From the NCBI GenBank assembly GCA_963789435.1, contig CAWBKO010000007.1, positions 189,364 through 253,363 on the forward strand: a stretch of DNA of 64,000 bases. The letters are read 5' to 3'. Origin of the DNA: an uncultured Chloroflexia bacterium (GTDB lineage Bacteria; Chloroflexota; Limnocylindria; QHBO01). A program made the position numbers and the translations under genes. Of the stretch, positions 34,641 through 46,508 are shown in pieces. The notes under the pieces are model-generated. The model worked only from the letters and a program-made list of their open reading frames with translations, was not told the DNA's origin and did no database searches. Position 1 is the first letter of the stretch. Every line of letters starts with the position of its first letter.

Positions 34641-35612
34641 ATGAGCACCTCCGTCGAGCCGCACATCGTCTCGATCGCCGAGATCCGCGATGCCGCCGAG
34701 CGGATTCGCGGCGTCGCCACCCGAACCCCGCTCCTGCGATGGGATGACACCACGTGGCTGAAGCCGGAGTCGCTTCAGCCGGTCGGCGCGTTCAAGATGC
34801 GCGGCGCCTACAACAAGGTCGCCTCATTGACCGATGCCGAGCGGGCTCGCGGGGTCGTCACGTACTCCTCGGGCAACCACGCGCAGGCGGTGGCGCGCGC
34901 CGCACGCCTGCTCGGCGCGAAGGCGGTCATCTGCATGCCCGAGAACGCGCCGCGGGTGAAAGTCGAGGGCGTCCTGCGTGACGGTGCCGAGATCGTCACC
35001 ACCGGCAACGACTCGGAAGAGCGCCACCAGCGCGCGCTTCAGCTTGTCGAGGAGCGCGGGCTGGTCATGGTCGAGCCGTACGACGATCCGGCGATCATCG
35101 CCGGCCAGGGAACCTGCGGCCTGGAGATCGTCGAGGACCTCCCCGAGGTCACGAGCGTGCTCGTCCCCGTCTCCGGTGGCGGGCTCTCGTCAGGCGTGGC
35201 AACGGCCGTCAAGGCGCTGGCTCCGTCGGCGCGCGTCATCGGCGTGGAGCCCGAGCTGGCGGCCGACGCCAAGGAGTCGCTCGAGCGCGGCGAGCTCGTC
35301 TACTGGACCGCCGAGCAGACGGTCCGCACCATGGCCGACGGCCTGCGCACGAACTCGCTCGGCCCGCTGCCATTCGAGCACCTGCGCCGCTTCATGGACG
35401 AGATCGTGACCGTCAGCGAGGACGAGATCGCCGATGCAATGCGCCAGCTTGCCCACCAGGGGCGGCTCGTGGTCGAGCCGTCCGGCGCGGCCGCCATGGC
35501 CGCGCACCTGGGCGGTCACGCTCCCCGGGTCGCGGCAGACGACGCCCGCGTAGTCATCATCTCGGGCGGAAACCTCGATCCCGAGCTGTTCCTCAGCATC
35601 CTTGCCGGCTAG
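34641..35612 (+). CDS. PLP-dependent threonine/serine dehydratase family
   Basis: KPESLQPVGAFKMRGA, SSGNHAQAVA, VPVSGGGL, VEPSGAAA, SGGN. There is no C-terminal regulatory domain. Confidence 0.92.
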   Translation: MSTSVEPHIVSIAEIRDAAERIRGVATRTPLLRWDDTTWLKPESLQPVGAFKMRGAYNKVASLTDAERARGVVTYSSGNHAQAVARAARLLGAKAVICMPENAPRVKVEGVLRDGAEIVTTGNDSEERHQRALQLVEERGLVMVEPYDDPAIIAGQGTCGLEIVEDLPEVTSVLVPVSGGGLSSGVATAVKALAPSARVIGVEPELAADAKESLERGELVYWTAEQTVRTMADGLRTNSLGPLPFEHLRRFMDEIVTVSEDEIADAMRQLAHQGRLVVEPSGAAAMAAHLGGHAPRVAADDARVVIISGGNLDPELFLSILAG

Positions 35613-36937
35613 CTGAGGAGCTCCACCGCGCGGTCGAGCTGCGGATCCTCGCCGCTCGTTGGATCCTCGGGCGATGCCACCACCACGTCCGGCTGGATGC
35701 CGTCCGGCGCCGCCGAATTGTGATCGGGCGTGAACCAGCGGTCGGTGGTGATGCGCAGCCCGCCGCCATTCGGCAGGTCGTTCCAGATCTGGACGGTGTT
35801 CTTGCCGAACGTCGGCTCGCCCAGGATCGTCGCGCGCCCCGTCTCCTTGAGGGCGCCGGCCACGATCTCCGACGCCGAGGCGGATCCACCGTCGACGAGC
35901 ACGACGACCGGGATCGCGTCCGTCTGCGCGAGGCCGCCCGGCTCCGACTGCCAGCGCTGGACGTCCTCGCCGGACTCGACGGTGAAGAGCAGCTCCCCGG
36001 CCGGCGCGAACTGGCCGGCGATGCCCTGCGCAGTGGTGATGAAGCCGCCAGGGTTGCCGCGCAGGTCGAACACGATCGATGTGGCCCCCTGGTCGAGGAG
36101 CGATCCGAGCTGCTCCCGGAAGAGCCCGGTAGCCCGATCGGTGAAGGTCGTCAGGCGGATGTAGCCGATGCCGGCCTCGAGCATCCGGGAGTCGACCTCC
36201 TGGAGATCGATGACGGCGCGCGTGATCGTGATGTCGAGCTGCTCGTCGTCACGCTCGACGGTGAGCGTGACGTTGGTGCCGGCCTCGCCCCGGACCGTGA
36301 AGACCAGCGAGCTGACCGATTCGCCGATGGTGGAGACACCGTCGATCTCCAGCACCCTGTCACCGGCACGCAGCCCGGCCCCCTCCGCGGGCGAGCCGGA
36401 CAGCGGGGCCACGATGACGAGCGCGCAGTTCTCCGTGACGGCCGTGCAGGAGGCGAGGTCGTCGGGGTTGGCGATGTTCTCCATGCCGACCTCGGCGCCG
36501 ATGCCGCTGAACTCGCCCGACAGGTCGTCGAGCGCGGACCCGTACTGCTCGGGCGGCAGGTATCCCGAGTACGGGTCCTCGAGCCCGAACTCGACCATTC
36601 CCCGCACCGCGCCGTCGATGAGGTCCTCGTCGCTGATCGCGTCCACGTACTCGCCCTTGATCTGGGCGTAGGCCTCGCACAGGACGGCGAACGCTTCGGT
36701 CGGCTCGGCGCAGGTAACGGTCTCCAGCGTCGGAGTCGACTCGGGAGTCGCCACGTCCGACGGCACGGACCCCGACGCCGCGACCGATGGCGAGGCATCG
36801 GCCCGACTGGTGCCGGTCCCGCCGCCCCCGACCGCCAGGCCGGCGACGAAGGTGAGGGCGCCGAAGAGGAGAAGGACCGCGACCAGGGCCGCGGCTTTGG
36901 CCGCAGGCGATCGAGGTGTCATGGCATTCGGGGTCAT
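35609..36937 (-). CDS. S41 carboxyl-terminal processing protease with PDZ domain
   Basis: DPYSGY, FSGIGA, DLRGNPGG, GGSASASEIVAGAL, TFGKNTVQ, GIQPD; N-terminal TM anchor. Confidence 0.93.
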   Translation of the reverse strand: MTPNAMTPRSPAAKAAALVAVLLLFGALTFVAGLAVGGGGTGTSRADASPSVAASGSVPSDVATPESTPTLETVTCAEPTEAFAVLCEAYAQIKGEYVDAISDEDLIDGAVRGMVEFGLEDPYSGYLPPEQYGSALDDLSGEFSGIGAEVGMENIANPDDLASCTAVTENCALVIVAPLSGSPAEGAGLRAGDRVLEIDGVSTIGESVSSLVFTVRGEAGTNVTLTVERDDEQLDITITRAVIDLQEVDSRMLEAGIGYIRLTTFTDRATGLFREQLGSLLDQGATSIVFDLRGNPGGFITTAQGIAGQFAPAGELLFTVESGEDVQRWQSEPGGLAQTDAIPVVVLVDGGSASASEIVAGALKETGRATILGEPTFGKNTVQIWNDLPNGGGLRITTDRWFTPDHNSAAPDGIQPDVVVASPEDPTSGEDPQLDRAVELLS

Positions 36938-38253
36938 CGGTCAGTCCTGTGATACGGGGGAGGGCACGCGGAGGCGCATTCTCCCGCGAATACAACGGGA
37001 TCGATGACGACGGTGACGGCCTCGTAGATGCGGCAGACCCCGACTGCGTCGGTCCGCCGCCGCCCACGGACACCACCGCCAGCGGGTCCAAGTACTACGA
37101 CGTCAACGCGAATGGTCAGCGCGATGCCGGTGAGCCAGGGCTGGCCGAATGGCCCATCAATTACGGTAATGGCGCGACGTCGGCGTCGGTCCTCACCGAT
37201 GCCGCTGGCAACTTCAGTGTCGCCCTTGCTCCAGGGAACTACACATTCGCTGAGCGCCAGGCTGCCTCGCCCTGGATCCAGACGGGCAACACGGTCGATC
37301 AATCGGGCGGCACCGCCGATGTGACGCTTAATCCCGACAAGACCTATACCGCGAGCTTCGATTCCGGCGAAACGGCCACGGGGCTCAACTTCGGCAACGT
37401 GTGCGTTGGCGGCGGCGGCGCACAGAGCAAGGGGTTCTGGGGCAACAAGAACGGCCAGGTGCTGATCGGCTCCGATGATCTCGCGATGCTCAGGGCCCTC
37501 AACCTGGTGAACGAAAACGGTTCGGCCTTCGATCCGACGACCGCTGCGCAGGTCAAGACCTGGCTGCAGAACGCCCGGTCGGTGAACATGGCCTACATGC
37601 TGTCCGCCCAGCTCGCCGCGATGGCGCTCAACGTCCACAACGGGTTCGTGCTGGGCACTGCCCTGGTCTATGCCCCGGGCACCACGTCCGCCAACGCGGC
37701 GGGATTTGCCACCGTCAGCGCGCTGATGGCGGAAGCGAACTCTGAGCTCGGCTTGCATCCGACGGCACGGTCGGGAAGCGCATGGCGGGCGTACCAGGAA
37801 GCCCTCAAGAACGCGTTGGACAATGCCAACAACAACCTGAACTTCGCGCAGGCCAATGCCTCCACGTGCCCGGCACCCTTCGCAGAGGCGTCGTTCAGCC
37901 TCTACGCCGATGGCAGCGTCAGCTGCGTTGGGGCCGACAACACGACGCGCGTGGCGGGCTCGGTGACATTCGTCCAATCCGCGGGCCAGGTCGTCTTCTC
38001 GGTGAGCCTCGATGGTGCGGCCCCCAACGCGTCGTACACCCTGGCAATCTCCGAGGAGCCTGCCTGTGCGAACGCCGTCTTCTTCACAGGTGCGATCACT
38101 ACCGACGCCGCCGGCGATGGCAGCTTCAGCGGATCGTTCGCCAAGGCTCCCGGTACGTACAACCTCCTCGTCAACCTTGTGACGTCGCCGGTCCCGTCCG
38201 ATCCGACGAACCGGGAGATCGGAACCGTCGACACCACGGTTGTTGTCAATTAG
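36916..38253 (+). CDS. Extracellular-type protein with DDDGDG Ca-binding-like motif and SdrD-B/Cna-B-like domain; start uncertain
   Basis: NGIDDDGDGLVDAADPDC, then GSKYYDVNANGQRDAGEPGLAEW...TDAAGNF.....PGNYTFAE...GLNFGN. No evident signal peptide. Confidence 0.7.
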   Translation: MSWHSGSSVSPVIRGRARGGAFSREYNGIDDDGDGLVDAADPDCVGPPPPTDTTASGSKYYDVNANGQRDAGEPGLAEWPINYGNGATSASVLTDAAGNFSVALAPGNYTFAERQAASPWIQTGNTVDQSGGTADVTLNPDKTYTASFDSGETATGLNFGNVCVGGGGAQSKGFWGNKNGQVLIGSDDLAMLRALNLVNENGSAFDPTTAAQVKTWLQNARSVNMAYMLSAQLAAMALNVHNGFVLGTALVYAPGTTSANAAGFATVSALMAEANSELGLHPTARSGSAWRAYQEALKNALDNANNNLNFAQANASTCPAPFAEASFSLYADGSVSCVGADNTTRVAGSVTFVQSAGQVVFSVSLDGAAPNASYTLAISEEPACANAVFFTGAITTDAAGDGSFSGSFAKAPGTYNLLVNLVTSPVPSDPTNREIGTVDTTVVVN

Positions 38254-38269
38254 GCACGAGTAATCCGAT

Positions 38270-38307
38270 TGATCGGCGCTCAGGGCTGCTCAACTGAGCG
38301 CCGATCA
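38270..38307. terminator. 14-bp perfect hairpin between convergent genes (bidirectional terminator candidate)
   Basis: TGATCGGCGCTCAG, 10-nt loop, CTGAGCGCCGATCA. Confidence 0.75.
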
Positions 38308-39123
38308 GATGCGCACGGCGCGCAAACCCAGGAAGATCGGGATCTCCGCGTTGGCGCGAGCGTCGCCGCGCGCCGCGCTTCCCGGACGGCGCTCGGGTGG
38401 GAGGTCGGGCACCTCGACCATGGCATCCGTGGCGAAGCCCGCGTCGGCCAGCGCGTTGACGTAGGCACTGATGGGCCGATGGAACGAGCGCGTCGGTAGG
38501 CCGCCGCCAAGCGACTTCATCGGCACCGCCATCTCGTTCAGGTACGCGTCGATGCGCCGATAGGTGATCTTTCGGGACTCGTCGAATCCCCAGCCCGAGT
38601 GGCGCGGCTGGCGGAAGGCCGGGTGGGTCATCAGCAGCACGACGCGGCTGCCCGGACCGAGGGCCCAGTCGATCCCGCGCACGACATCGGCCAGCGAATC
38701 CATGTCCTGGATGGAGAGCATGAAGACGGCGGCGTCGAATGCACCCGGCTCGAGGCCGACCACCGCCGGCAGACGTCGCGCGTCGCCCATCAGGAAGCGC
38801 GCCCCGCGCAGCTTCGCGTGCCGGCGCTTGGCGGCCTCGATCAGCCTGGCCGAGGCGTCGAGCACGGTGACGCTGGCGCCGGCCTGCACCAGGTACGGAG
38901 CGAGCACGCCCTGGCCGCCACCGACATCCAGGATCTGGTCGTCGCGCCGTGGTTGGAGGAGGTCGAGCACGGTTGGGATTGCCAGCTCACGGTGGTAGGC
39001 GGAGCCGTGATCGCCGACCCATCCGTCGTACCAGGTCGCCACGTGCTCCCAGCTCGTCTCGCGCGGCGCACCGCTGGGCTCACGCTCGGGCCTGCGACGT
39101 GGTGGTCGCTGCCGGCTCGTCAT
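38305..39123 (-). CDS. Class I SAM-dependent methyltransferase
   Basis: SWEHVATWYD, ILDVGGGQG, AFDAAVFMLSIQD, THPAFR, FHRPISAYVNAL. Confidence 0.9.
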   Translation of the reverse strand: MTSRQRPPRRRPEREPSGAPRETSWEHVATWYDGWVGDHGSAYHRELAIPTVLDLLQPRRDDQILDVGGGQGVLAPYLVQAGASVTVLDASARLIEAAKRRHAKLRGARFLMGDARRLPAVVGLEPGAFDAAVFMLSIQDMDSLADVVRGIDWALGPGSRVVLLMTHPAFRQPRHSGWGFDESRKITYRRIDAYLNEMAVPMKSLGGGLPTRSFHRPISAYVNALADAGFATDAMVEVPDLPPERRPGSAARGDARANAEIPIFLGLRAVRI

Positions 39124-40200
39124 CCGCGCGCGAGGCCCTCCCGGAGGCCCCCGAGAAACGCCACGGCGTTCGCGCCCAGCGCATCGACCGCGTAGCCACC
39201 CTCCTGGAGCGCAACCACCGGGTTTCCCGAGCTCCGCGATCCTCGACCCGATGCGCGCGTAGTCGTCGGTCTGCAGCGCGAGGTTGCAGATCGGATCGGC
39301 GTGGAAGGTGTCGAACCCGAGCGACAGCACGAGCGGCGCATCGGGGTCGAAGGCGGCGATGGCGTCGAGGCCGTCGGCGAGTGCGGCGAGATAGCCGTCG
39401 CCATCGGTTCCCGGCGCAAGCGGCAGGTTCAGGTTCGCTCCGGCGCCGCCATCCCCGCCCCGCTCCGAGGCGTAGCCCGAGTAGTACGGGTAGATGCCAC
39501 CGGGGTCGCCGTGGAGGCTCACGTACAGCACGTCGTCTCGGTTCCAGAAGATCTGCTGCGTGCCGTTGCCGTGATGGAAGTCGACGTCCAGGATCGCCAC
39601 CCGCGAGGCGCCGCGAGATACCAGCGACTCGGCCACGATCGCGGCGTTGTTGAAGAAGCAATAGCCGCCGATCAGGTTGCGGCCAGCATGATGGCCCGGT
39701 GGCCGGCAGAGTCCGTAGGCGAGCGGTGCGCCCTCGAGCACGCGGTCGGCCGCAGTGAGCGCGATGTCGACCGCCGCCCGGGCGGCGTCGGCCGTCCCGG
39801 CCACGATCGGCGTGGCGGTGTCGAAGCAATAGGCGCCCAGCCGCAGATGCCGGCCGGCCGGCAGCGACTCCAGCGCCATCGGCCCGACGTAGCCGCTGAG
39901 CAGGAACGTGTCGGGCACCAGCGGACGGGACGCATCCCAACCCGCTGCCGTCGCATCGGCCCAGACGTGCTCGACAAGGTCGATGAGCTCCAGCTCGTGG
40001 ACGGCCGCGATCGGATCCGGCCCGTGGTCCTCTGGTGGCTGCAGTACATAGTCGCCGGTGGCCAGCAGCGCGTCACGGATCACGATCGCGCGCTCGGGCG
40101 ACTCCCAGCACGGGATCTCGCGACCTCCCTGGACCTCGATGAGGCCGTCGTGGGCGAGGTGGTCGTCCGAGGCGATCAGCGGCGTCGTTTCGATGGGCAT
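39120..40200 (-). CDS. Histone-deacetylase family amidohydrolase (acetylpolyamine amidohydrolase-like; frameshift near 39200)
   Basis: [55 protein letters not shown]. Confidence 0.92.
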
Positions 40201-40260
40201 GGGCTGAACGAGAATAGCGACCAGCCCGTATCCTCCGCAGACGCATTGTTCGGAGGGCCG

Positions 40261-41219
<959 letters not shown>

Positions 41220-41230
41220 GGCAGGCGGCG

Positions 41231-42467
41231 ATGGGCGGCTGGACACTGCTCGGCCTGGCGATGGTCATCGCGGGCGCGCTGCTCGGTGCGCCCGGCCTCC
41301 TCCTGATCGGCGGTCTGACGCTCCTCTCTCGCTGGCTGACGACCCTCTGGTCGCGCTACGGGCTGGACTCGATCGGCTACGAGCGGCGGATCGCCACCAA
41401 CCGGGCGGTGTGGGGCGACCAGGTGCCGCTCGACGTCGAGGTCTGGAACCGCAAGCTGCTGCCCGTTCCGCTCCTCACGGCCGACGACCACGTCACCGAT
41501 ACGCTCCGGGTCGCGGGGAAGCACGCTGGTCGCCAGCGAGCGGCCGGGCCAGGGAGTCCTCCAGAACTCGTGGTCGTTGCTCTGGTACGAGCGCGTCGTC
41601 CGGCACCTGGTCATCGACGCGCGGCGGCGCGGCGCGTTCACGTTCGGCCCGATCCGCCTCACCGTCAGCGACCTCTTCGAACGCGGAACGAACAGCGAGG
41701 AGCGCGAGCTGCCGGCGGAGCTCATCGTCCGGCCGCGGACCGTGCCGGTTCGCGCGCCGCCCGCCGCACAGGCGCCGCTCGGGACCGCACGCAGCCGCGC
41801 AAGCCTGTTCACCGATCCGTCCCGGTTCGCCGGCGTCCGACGCTATGAGCCGGGCGACCCGCTGCGCCGCATCCACTGGCGAGCCACGGCCCGCGTCGGG
41901 GAGACCGGTGAGCCGGCGGTACGAGCCGGTCCACGAGCGCCAGGTCGTGCTCGCGATCGACCTCCAGACCGTGCCCGGGCCGCACTGGCTGATGCACTTC
42001 GACGACGACATGGTCGAGGCGCTGTGCGTGGCAGCGGCGTCGCTGGCGCGTCGGATGCTGCGCACCGACACGGCCTGCGGCCTGCTCGTCGGCTCGCAGC
42101 TGGCCGGCGGGCGGCGCTGGGCCTACCTTCCGCCGTCGGCGGCGGCCAGCCAGCTCGGCCGGATCGAGGACGTTCTCGCGCGCGTGCAGCCGATCCTCTC
42201 CCTGCCGTTCGAGCGGCTGCTCGGCGTCGTGCCCAGGCGCCTGGCGCCGGGCGGGACCGTCCTCAGTCTCGGCGCGCGCGACCCGGAGCCGTACGCCGAC
42301 CGCCTCCGGCGGCTGTCGCGCACCGGCTACGCGGTCACGCCACCTCTGCTTCGGCGACGAGCGCGAGGCGCATCGGGCCGAGCATGGCCGCGCTCGGCGT
42401 CCAGGCGCGCGTCGCCGAGCTCGATCCGGACTGGAGGAGGGCCGATGCGCTCGTCGTGGCCGGCTGA
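41231..42467 (+). CDS. DUF58 family protein (frameshifted)
   Basis: RRGAFTFGP, FAGVRRYEPGDPLRRIHWRATAR; follows moxR. Confidence 0.88.
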
Positions 42468-43807
42468 TCGGCTCGTCGGCTGGCTCCTGCCGATCCTGGC
42501 CATCCTGGCCGAGGGTGCCTGGCTGACGGTCGTCTACGTCGCCGTCGAGACCACCATCGACGGCCGGGCCCCGCTCCTCGGCACGTTCGAGCTGGCGGCG
42601 GCGGCCGGCCTGGCCGCCATCGCCGTTCGACGGGGATCGCTGCGGCCCGACGACAACCCGCTCACCTTCTTCGTCGCCCTGGTCGGATTCGGCGCCGGTT
42701 GGCTGGCTGTGGGACGACCGGGTGCGCTCCCTCGTCGTCGCCGGCGACCTCGCCGGCGCCATCGGTCTCCATCCCGGCGGCTGGCTGTTGCTGGTGGCGG
42801 CCATGCGCGGCGTCGGGCGCGGCGTCGAGATCGACGACCGCGCGCTGACCCGCCTCGTTCTGCTCGGCGTGCCGTCGCTGGCCATCCCGTGGATCCTCGG
42901 CCAGGTCGGCGCCGGCGAGCTGCGGCCGGTCTTCGTCGAGCACGCGTTCGTCGCCAGCCTGACCTTCGTCTCCGCGGGATTCATGGCCGCCGGCCTTGCC
43001 CGGCTCCAGGAGATCGGCAGGGAGACCGGCGTCGACTGGCGCACGAATCGGTCGTGGCTCGGCACCGTGCTCGGCGTGCTGGCCATCGTGCTCGCCGTCG
43101 GCGTGCCGGCCGCCTACCTGCTCGGGCTTCCGGTCGGCACCGTGGCGCGCGGGCTCGTCGGTCCCTTCTTCAGCCTGCTCGGTTACCTCCTGCTGGCGCT
43201 GGCCTTCGTGGCCGCGATCCTGTCGGCCGCGCTCTACGAGGTGCTCAGCCGGCATCGGGATCGTGCTGCCCGGACCGCTGAGCCCGCAGGAGCTCGCCCG
43301 GCTGCCGGAGGTACGGGAGTACACGATCGACCAGCTCCAGGGACCGATCACCACGGTCGTCATCCTGTGGGTCGCCGTCATCCTCCTGGCGGTGATCGTG
43401 ATCCGCACCTGGGTCCGACGGCGGGCTCGTGGCCGGCCGCGCGGTGGGACCGAGGAGCGGTCGTTCAGCATTCCGCAGGGGTCGTTCCGGCCTCGAGCTG
43501 CCGCGGATCGGCGGGCTCGCTCGGCGAGGCCGGCGCGGAGCCCCGACCGATGCGGTCGGCGCCTACCTCGCCACCCTCGACGACCTGGCGGCGCACGATC
43601 CCGCCGCGCGCGCGGCGCGATGCCGAGTCGCCTCGCGCCCACGCCGCCCGGGTCGAGCTGGCCGACCTCGGCGCGCTCCAGGCCGACTACGCGCTGGCCC
43701 GATACGGCGACCGTCACCTGACCGATGCCGAGCATCGGCGCGGGCTGGCCCGGTGGCGGCGCATCCGCCATCGGCTTCGCGGGGCGCCCGTAGACTCAAC
43801 GCGATGA
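42445..43807 (+). CDS. Multi-pass membrane protein with C-terminal DUF4129-like domain (frameshifted)
   Basis: GGAGGAGG RBS before ATG 42445, many TM helices, and C-terminal ESPRAHA.R...YALARYG. Confidence 0.7.
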
Positions 43808-44797
43808 AGATCGCCCACGTCCGGGAGCGGAACGCGCCCGCCGGCGCTCCGTGGCGCCTCGCCGCCGCGCTCGATGCCGACGGCGCGCGATGGCTCGACC
43901 TCGAGGAGGCGCGGCGCGCGCTCGTCGCCGCCGAACCCGGTCGCGCGCACAACAGCAGCCTCTTTCGCCAGCCGATCACGACCCTGGATGCGCACCTCGC
44001 GTCCGGCCTGCGGGTGGACGCCCTGGCCGACCTGCTGGCGGCGGACGCCGACGAGCCGATGGACGCATCGGCCCTGGACTTCGGTCCGCCGATCCTTCGC
44101 CCGCCGACCTTCCGCGACTTCTACGCCTTCGAGCACCACGTCGGCACGATGTGGAAGCGCCGCGACATGGAGATCCCCGAGGCGTGGTATCGGCTGCCGA
44201 TCTTCTACTTCAGCAACGTGTCGGAGATCCGCGGGCCGGGCGAGCCGGTTCACGCGCCGCGCGGCTCGGTGGAGCTCGACTACGAGCTGGAGGTGGCCGC
44301 GCTCATCGACACGCCGGTCCGCGACCTCGACGCGTCGCGCGGCGAGGAGGCGATCGGCGGCTACATGGTCCTCAACGACTGGAGCGCGCGCGACCTGCAG
44401 CGCGAGGAGAGCGACGGTCCGGCTGGGCCCGGCCAAGGGGAAGGACTTCGCGTCCTCCATCGGCCCGTGGCTGGTGACGCCGGACGAGCTTGCCGATGCT
44501 CGACGCGACAAGGGCTACGATCTGGCGATGACCGCCACCGTCAACGGAACCGAGCTCTCGCGCGGCAACTGGTCGTCGGCGCACTTCTCCTTCGGCGAGA
44601 TGGTCGAGCGCGCCTCCGCCGACGTGCGGCTGCGACCCGGCGACCTCCTCGGCTCGGGCACCGTCGGCACCGGATGCCTGCTCGAGATCCGCGACGAGAT
44701 CCTCAAGCGCTACCTCGAGCCGGGCGACACCGTCACGCTGGCGATCGAGCGCCTCGGCGCGCTGACGGCGCCGGTCGTCGAGCGGCCGGGCCGATGA
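43804..44797 (+). CDS. Fumarylacetoacetate hydrolase family protein (frameshift near 44410)
   Basis: RDFYAFEHHV, FYFSN, LDYELEVA, NDWSARDLQ, KGKDFA, PGDLLGSGTVGTGC. Confidence 0.9.
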
Positions 44798-45284
44798 CCG
44801 CCGACGTCGACGCCCTGCTGGCCCGCCTGGCCGAGGCGGAGCGCCGGCTGGTCGAGCACGCCGATGCGCCGCTTCCCGCCGGCCTGACCGATCCCGATCC
44901 GAGCACCGAGGAGCGCTGGGAGGCCGGCCAGGTCTGGGCGCACCTCGCCGAGTTCCCCGGCTACTGGCTCGCGCAGGCGGAGCGCGTCATCGCGCTGCCG
45001 ACGAACGAGCCGGTGCCGTTCGGCCGCGTCAAGACCGATCCGGTCCGCCTCGAGGCGATCGAGCGCGACCGCCACACCGACCCGGCGGCGCTCCTCGAGC
45101 GCGTGCGCGAGCTCACTGGCCGCGAGTCACCGAGACCGCCCGCGCGCTGCCCGCCGAGGCGTGGACGCTGCGCGGCGCGCACCCGACCCGAGGCGAGATG
45201 ACCGTGCGACGCGATCGTCGAGCGGTTCATCGTCGAGCATCTCGAGGAGCACGCCGACCAGCTCGACAGCTCTCGGAGCGCTGA
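44794..45284 (+). CDS. DinB/YfiT-fold protein (frameshifted)
   Basis: W..GQVWAHLAE and C-terminal EHLEEHADQL (His-triad pattern). The start overlaps the FAH stop. Confidence 0.72.
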
Positions 45285-45289
45285 GCCGC

Positions 45290-45773
45290 CTACTGGACCG
45301 TCGAGCCGCCTCCCCCAGCGGCGCAGCTCGGCCTCGAGGTCGAGCGGCATGATGGTCGCCTCGTCCTCGAAGCTGCCCCACGCCTCGCGCGGCACCTGCC
45401 ACATGACCTCGAACTCGTTGCCGTCCGGATCGCGGCCGTAGAGCGACTTCGAGACGCCGTGATCCGAGGCGCCGGTCAGCGCTCCGAGCTCGGTCAGCGA
45501 CTTCGCCATCTCGGCCAGGGCCTCGATCGTGTCGATCTCCCAGGCGAGGTGGTAGAGCCCGACCGAGCCCCGCGGCGGTCGCGGGGCATCGGCGCCGACC
45601 TCGAACAGGCCGAGGTCGTGGTGGTTGCCGCCGGTGGGCGAGCGCATGAACGCGGCGCGCATCCCCGGCGGGCGGCTCAGCTCCTCGAAGCCGAAGGCGC
45701 GCCGATAGAACTCGGCGGCGGCATCGGCGTCGCGGACGAAGAGGACCGCGTGGTTGAGTCGGTTGATCGGCAT
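45290..45773 (-). CDS. VOC family protein (catechol 2,3-dioxygenase/glyoxalase-like)
   Basis: LNHAVL.VRD, HHDLGL, GLYHLAW, DHGVSKSLYGRDPDGNEFE. The 3' end is approximate because the stop is frameshifted. Confidence 0.88.
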
Positions 45774-45777
45774 CGGT

Positions 45778-46387
45778 CTAGCGCTCCAGGTGCCAGGCGG
45801 AGGTCCAGCTCCACCCATTCTGGGCATTGAGGCCGATGTTCACAAACGCCATGCCCTCGAGATAGCGGGCCGAGCTGAGCGGGCCGACGTCGAGCGCGGT
45901 GAAGCCCATCGACTCGACGAGCGAGATGACCTCCTGCTTCGCCTTCGGATCATCGGCGGCGACGTAGCCGTCGATCTGGCGGGTCGGGTTGGCCTGGTTG
46001 GTGGCGAAGATGGTGTTGAACGCCTTGACGACGCTCGCGTCGGGGAGGCGCAGCTGAAGCTCCTCCGCGGCCGAGGTGTCTCGTGGCAAGCCCCGAGAAA
46101 TCCGGCGTGAGCGGGTTCGTGACGTCGATGACCGTCTTGCCGCTGACGCCGTCACGAATGTCGTCGGCGACCTGGGCGCTCGCGCCGTACGGGACCGCCA
46201 GGATGACGACGTCCGCGCCGACGACCGCGGCAGCGCTGGTGTCGGCCGAGCTCGTGCCGATCTCGTCGGCCGCCGATCGGGCGTTCCCTGGGTTCCTTGC
46301 CGCGATGGTCACGTCGTGGCCCGCGTTGGTGATCGAGGTGGCGAGTGCCTTGCCGACGTTGCCGGCTCCGATGATTGCGACCTTCAT
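45778..46387 (-). CDS. NADPH-dependent F420 reductase-like oxidoreductase (frameshift near 46085)
   Basis: IIGAGNVG, VILAVPY, IDVTNPL, VVKAFNT, DVGPLSSARYLE. Confidence 0.88.
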
Positions 46388-46449
46388 GGTCGAGTCCGTT
46401 CCTTCCGAGTGGTGTTGGCCGTTGCCAAGCGGGATTTGTTGGTGGCCAA

Positions 46450-46501
46450 ATCATGCCACTCGCATTTGCTCTTGTCAATACCTGTTTCTTGTAGGCATAA
46501 T
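46450..46501. promoter_or_regulatory. Overlapping divergent sigma70-type promoters
   Basis: Minus strand: TTGACA (46478-46473), N17, CATGAT (46455-46450). Plus strand: TTGTCA (46472-46477), N18, CATAAT (46496-46501), 7 nt before ATG 46509. Confidence 0.7.
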
Positions 46502-46508
46502 GTGGCCG

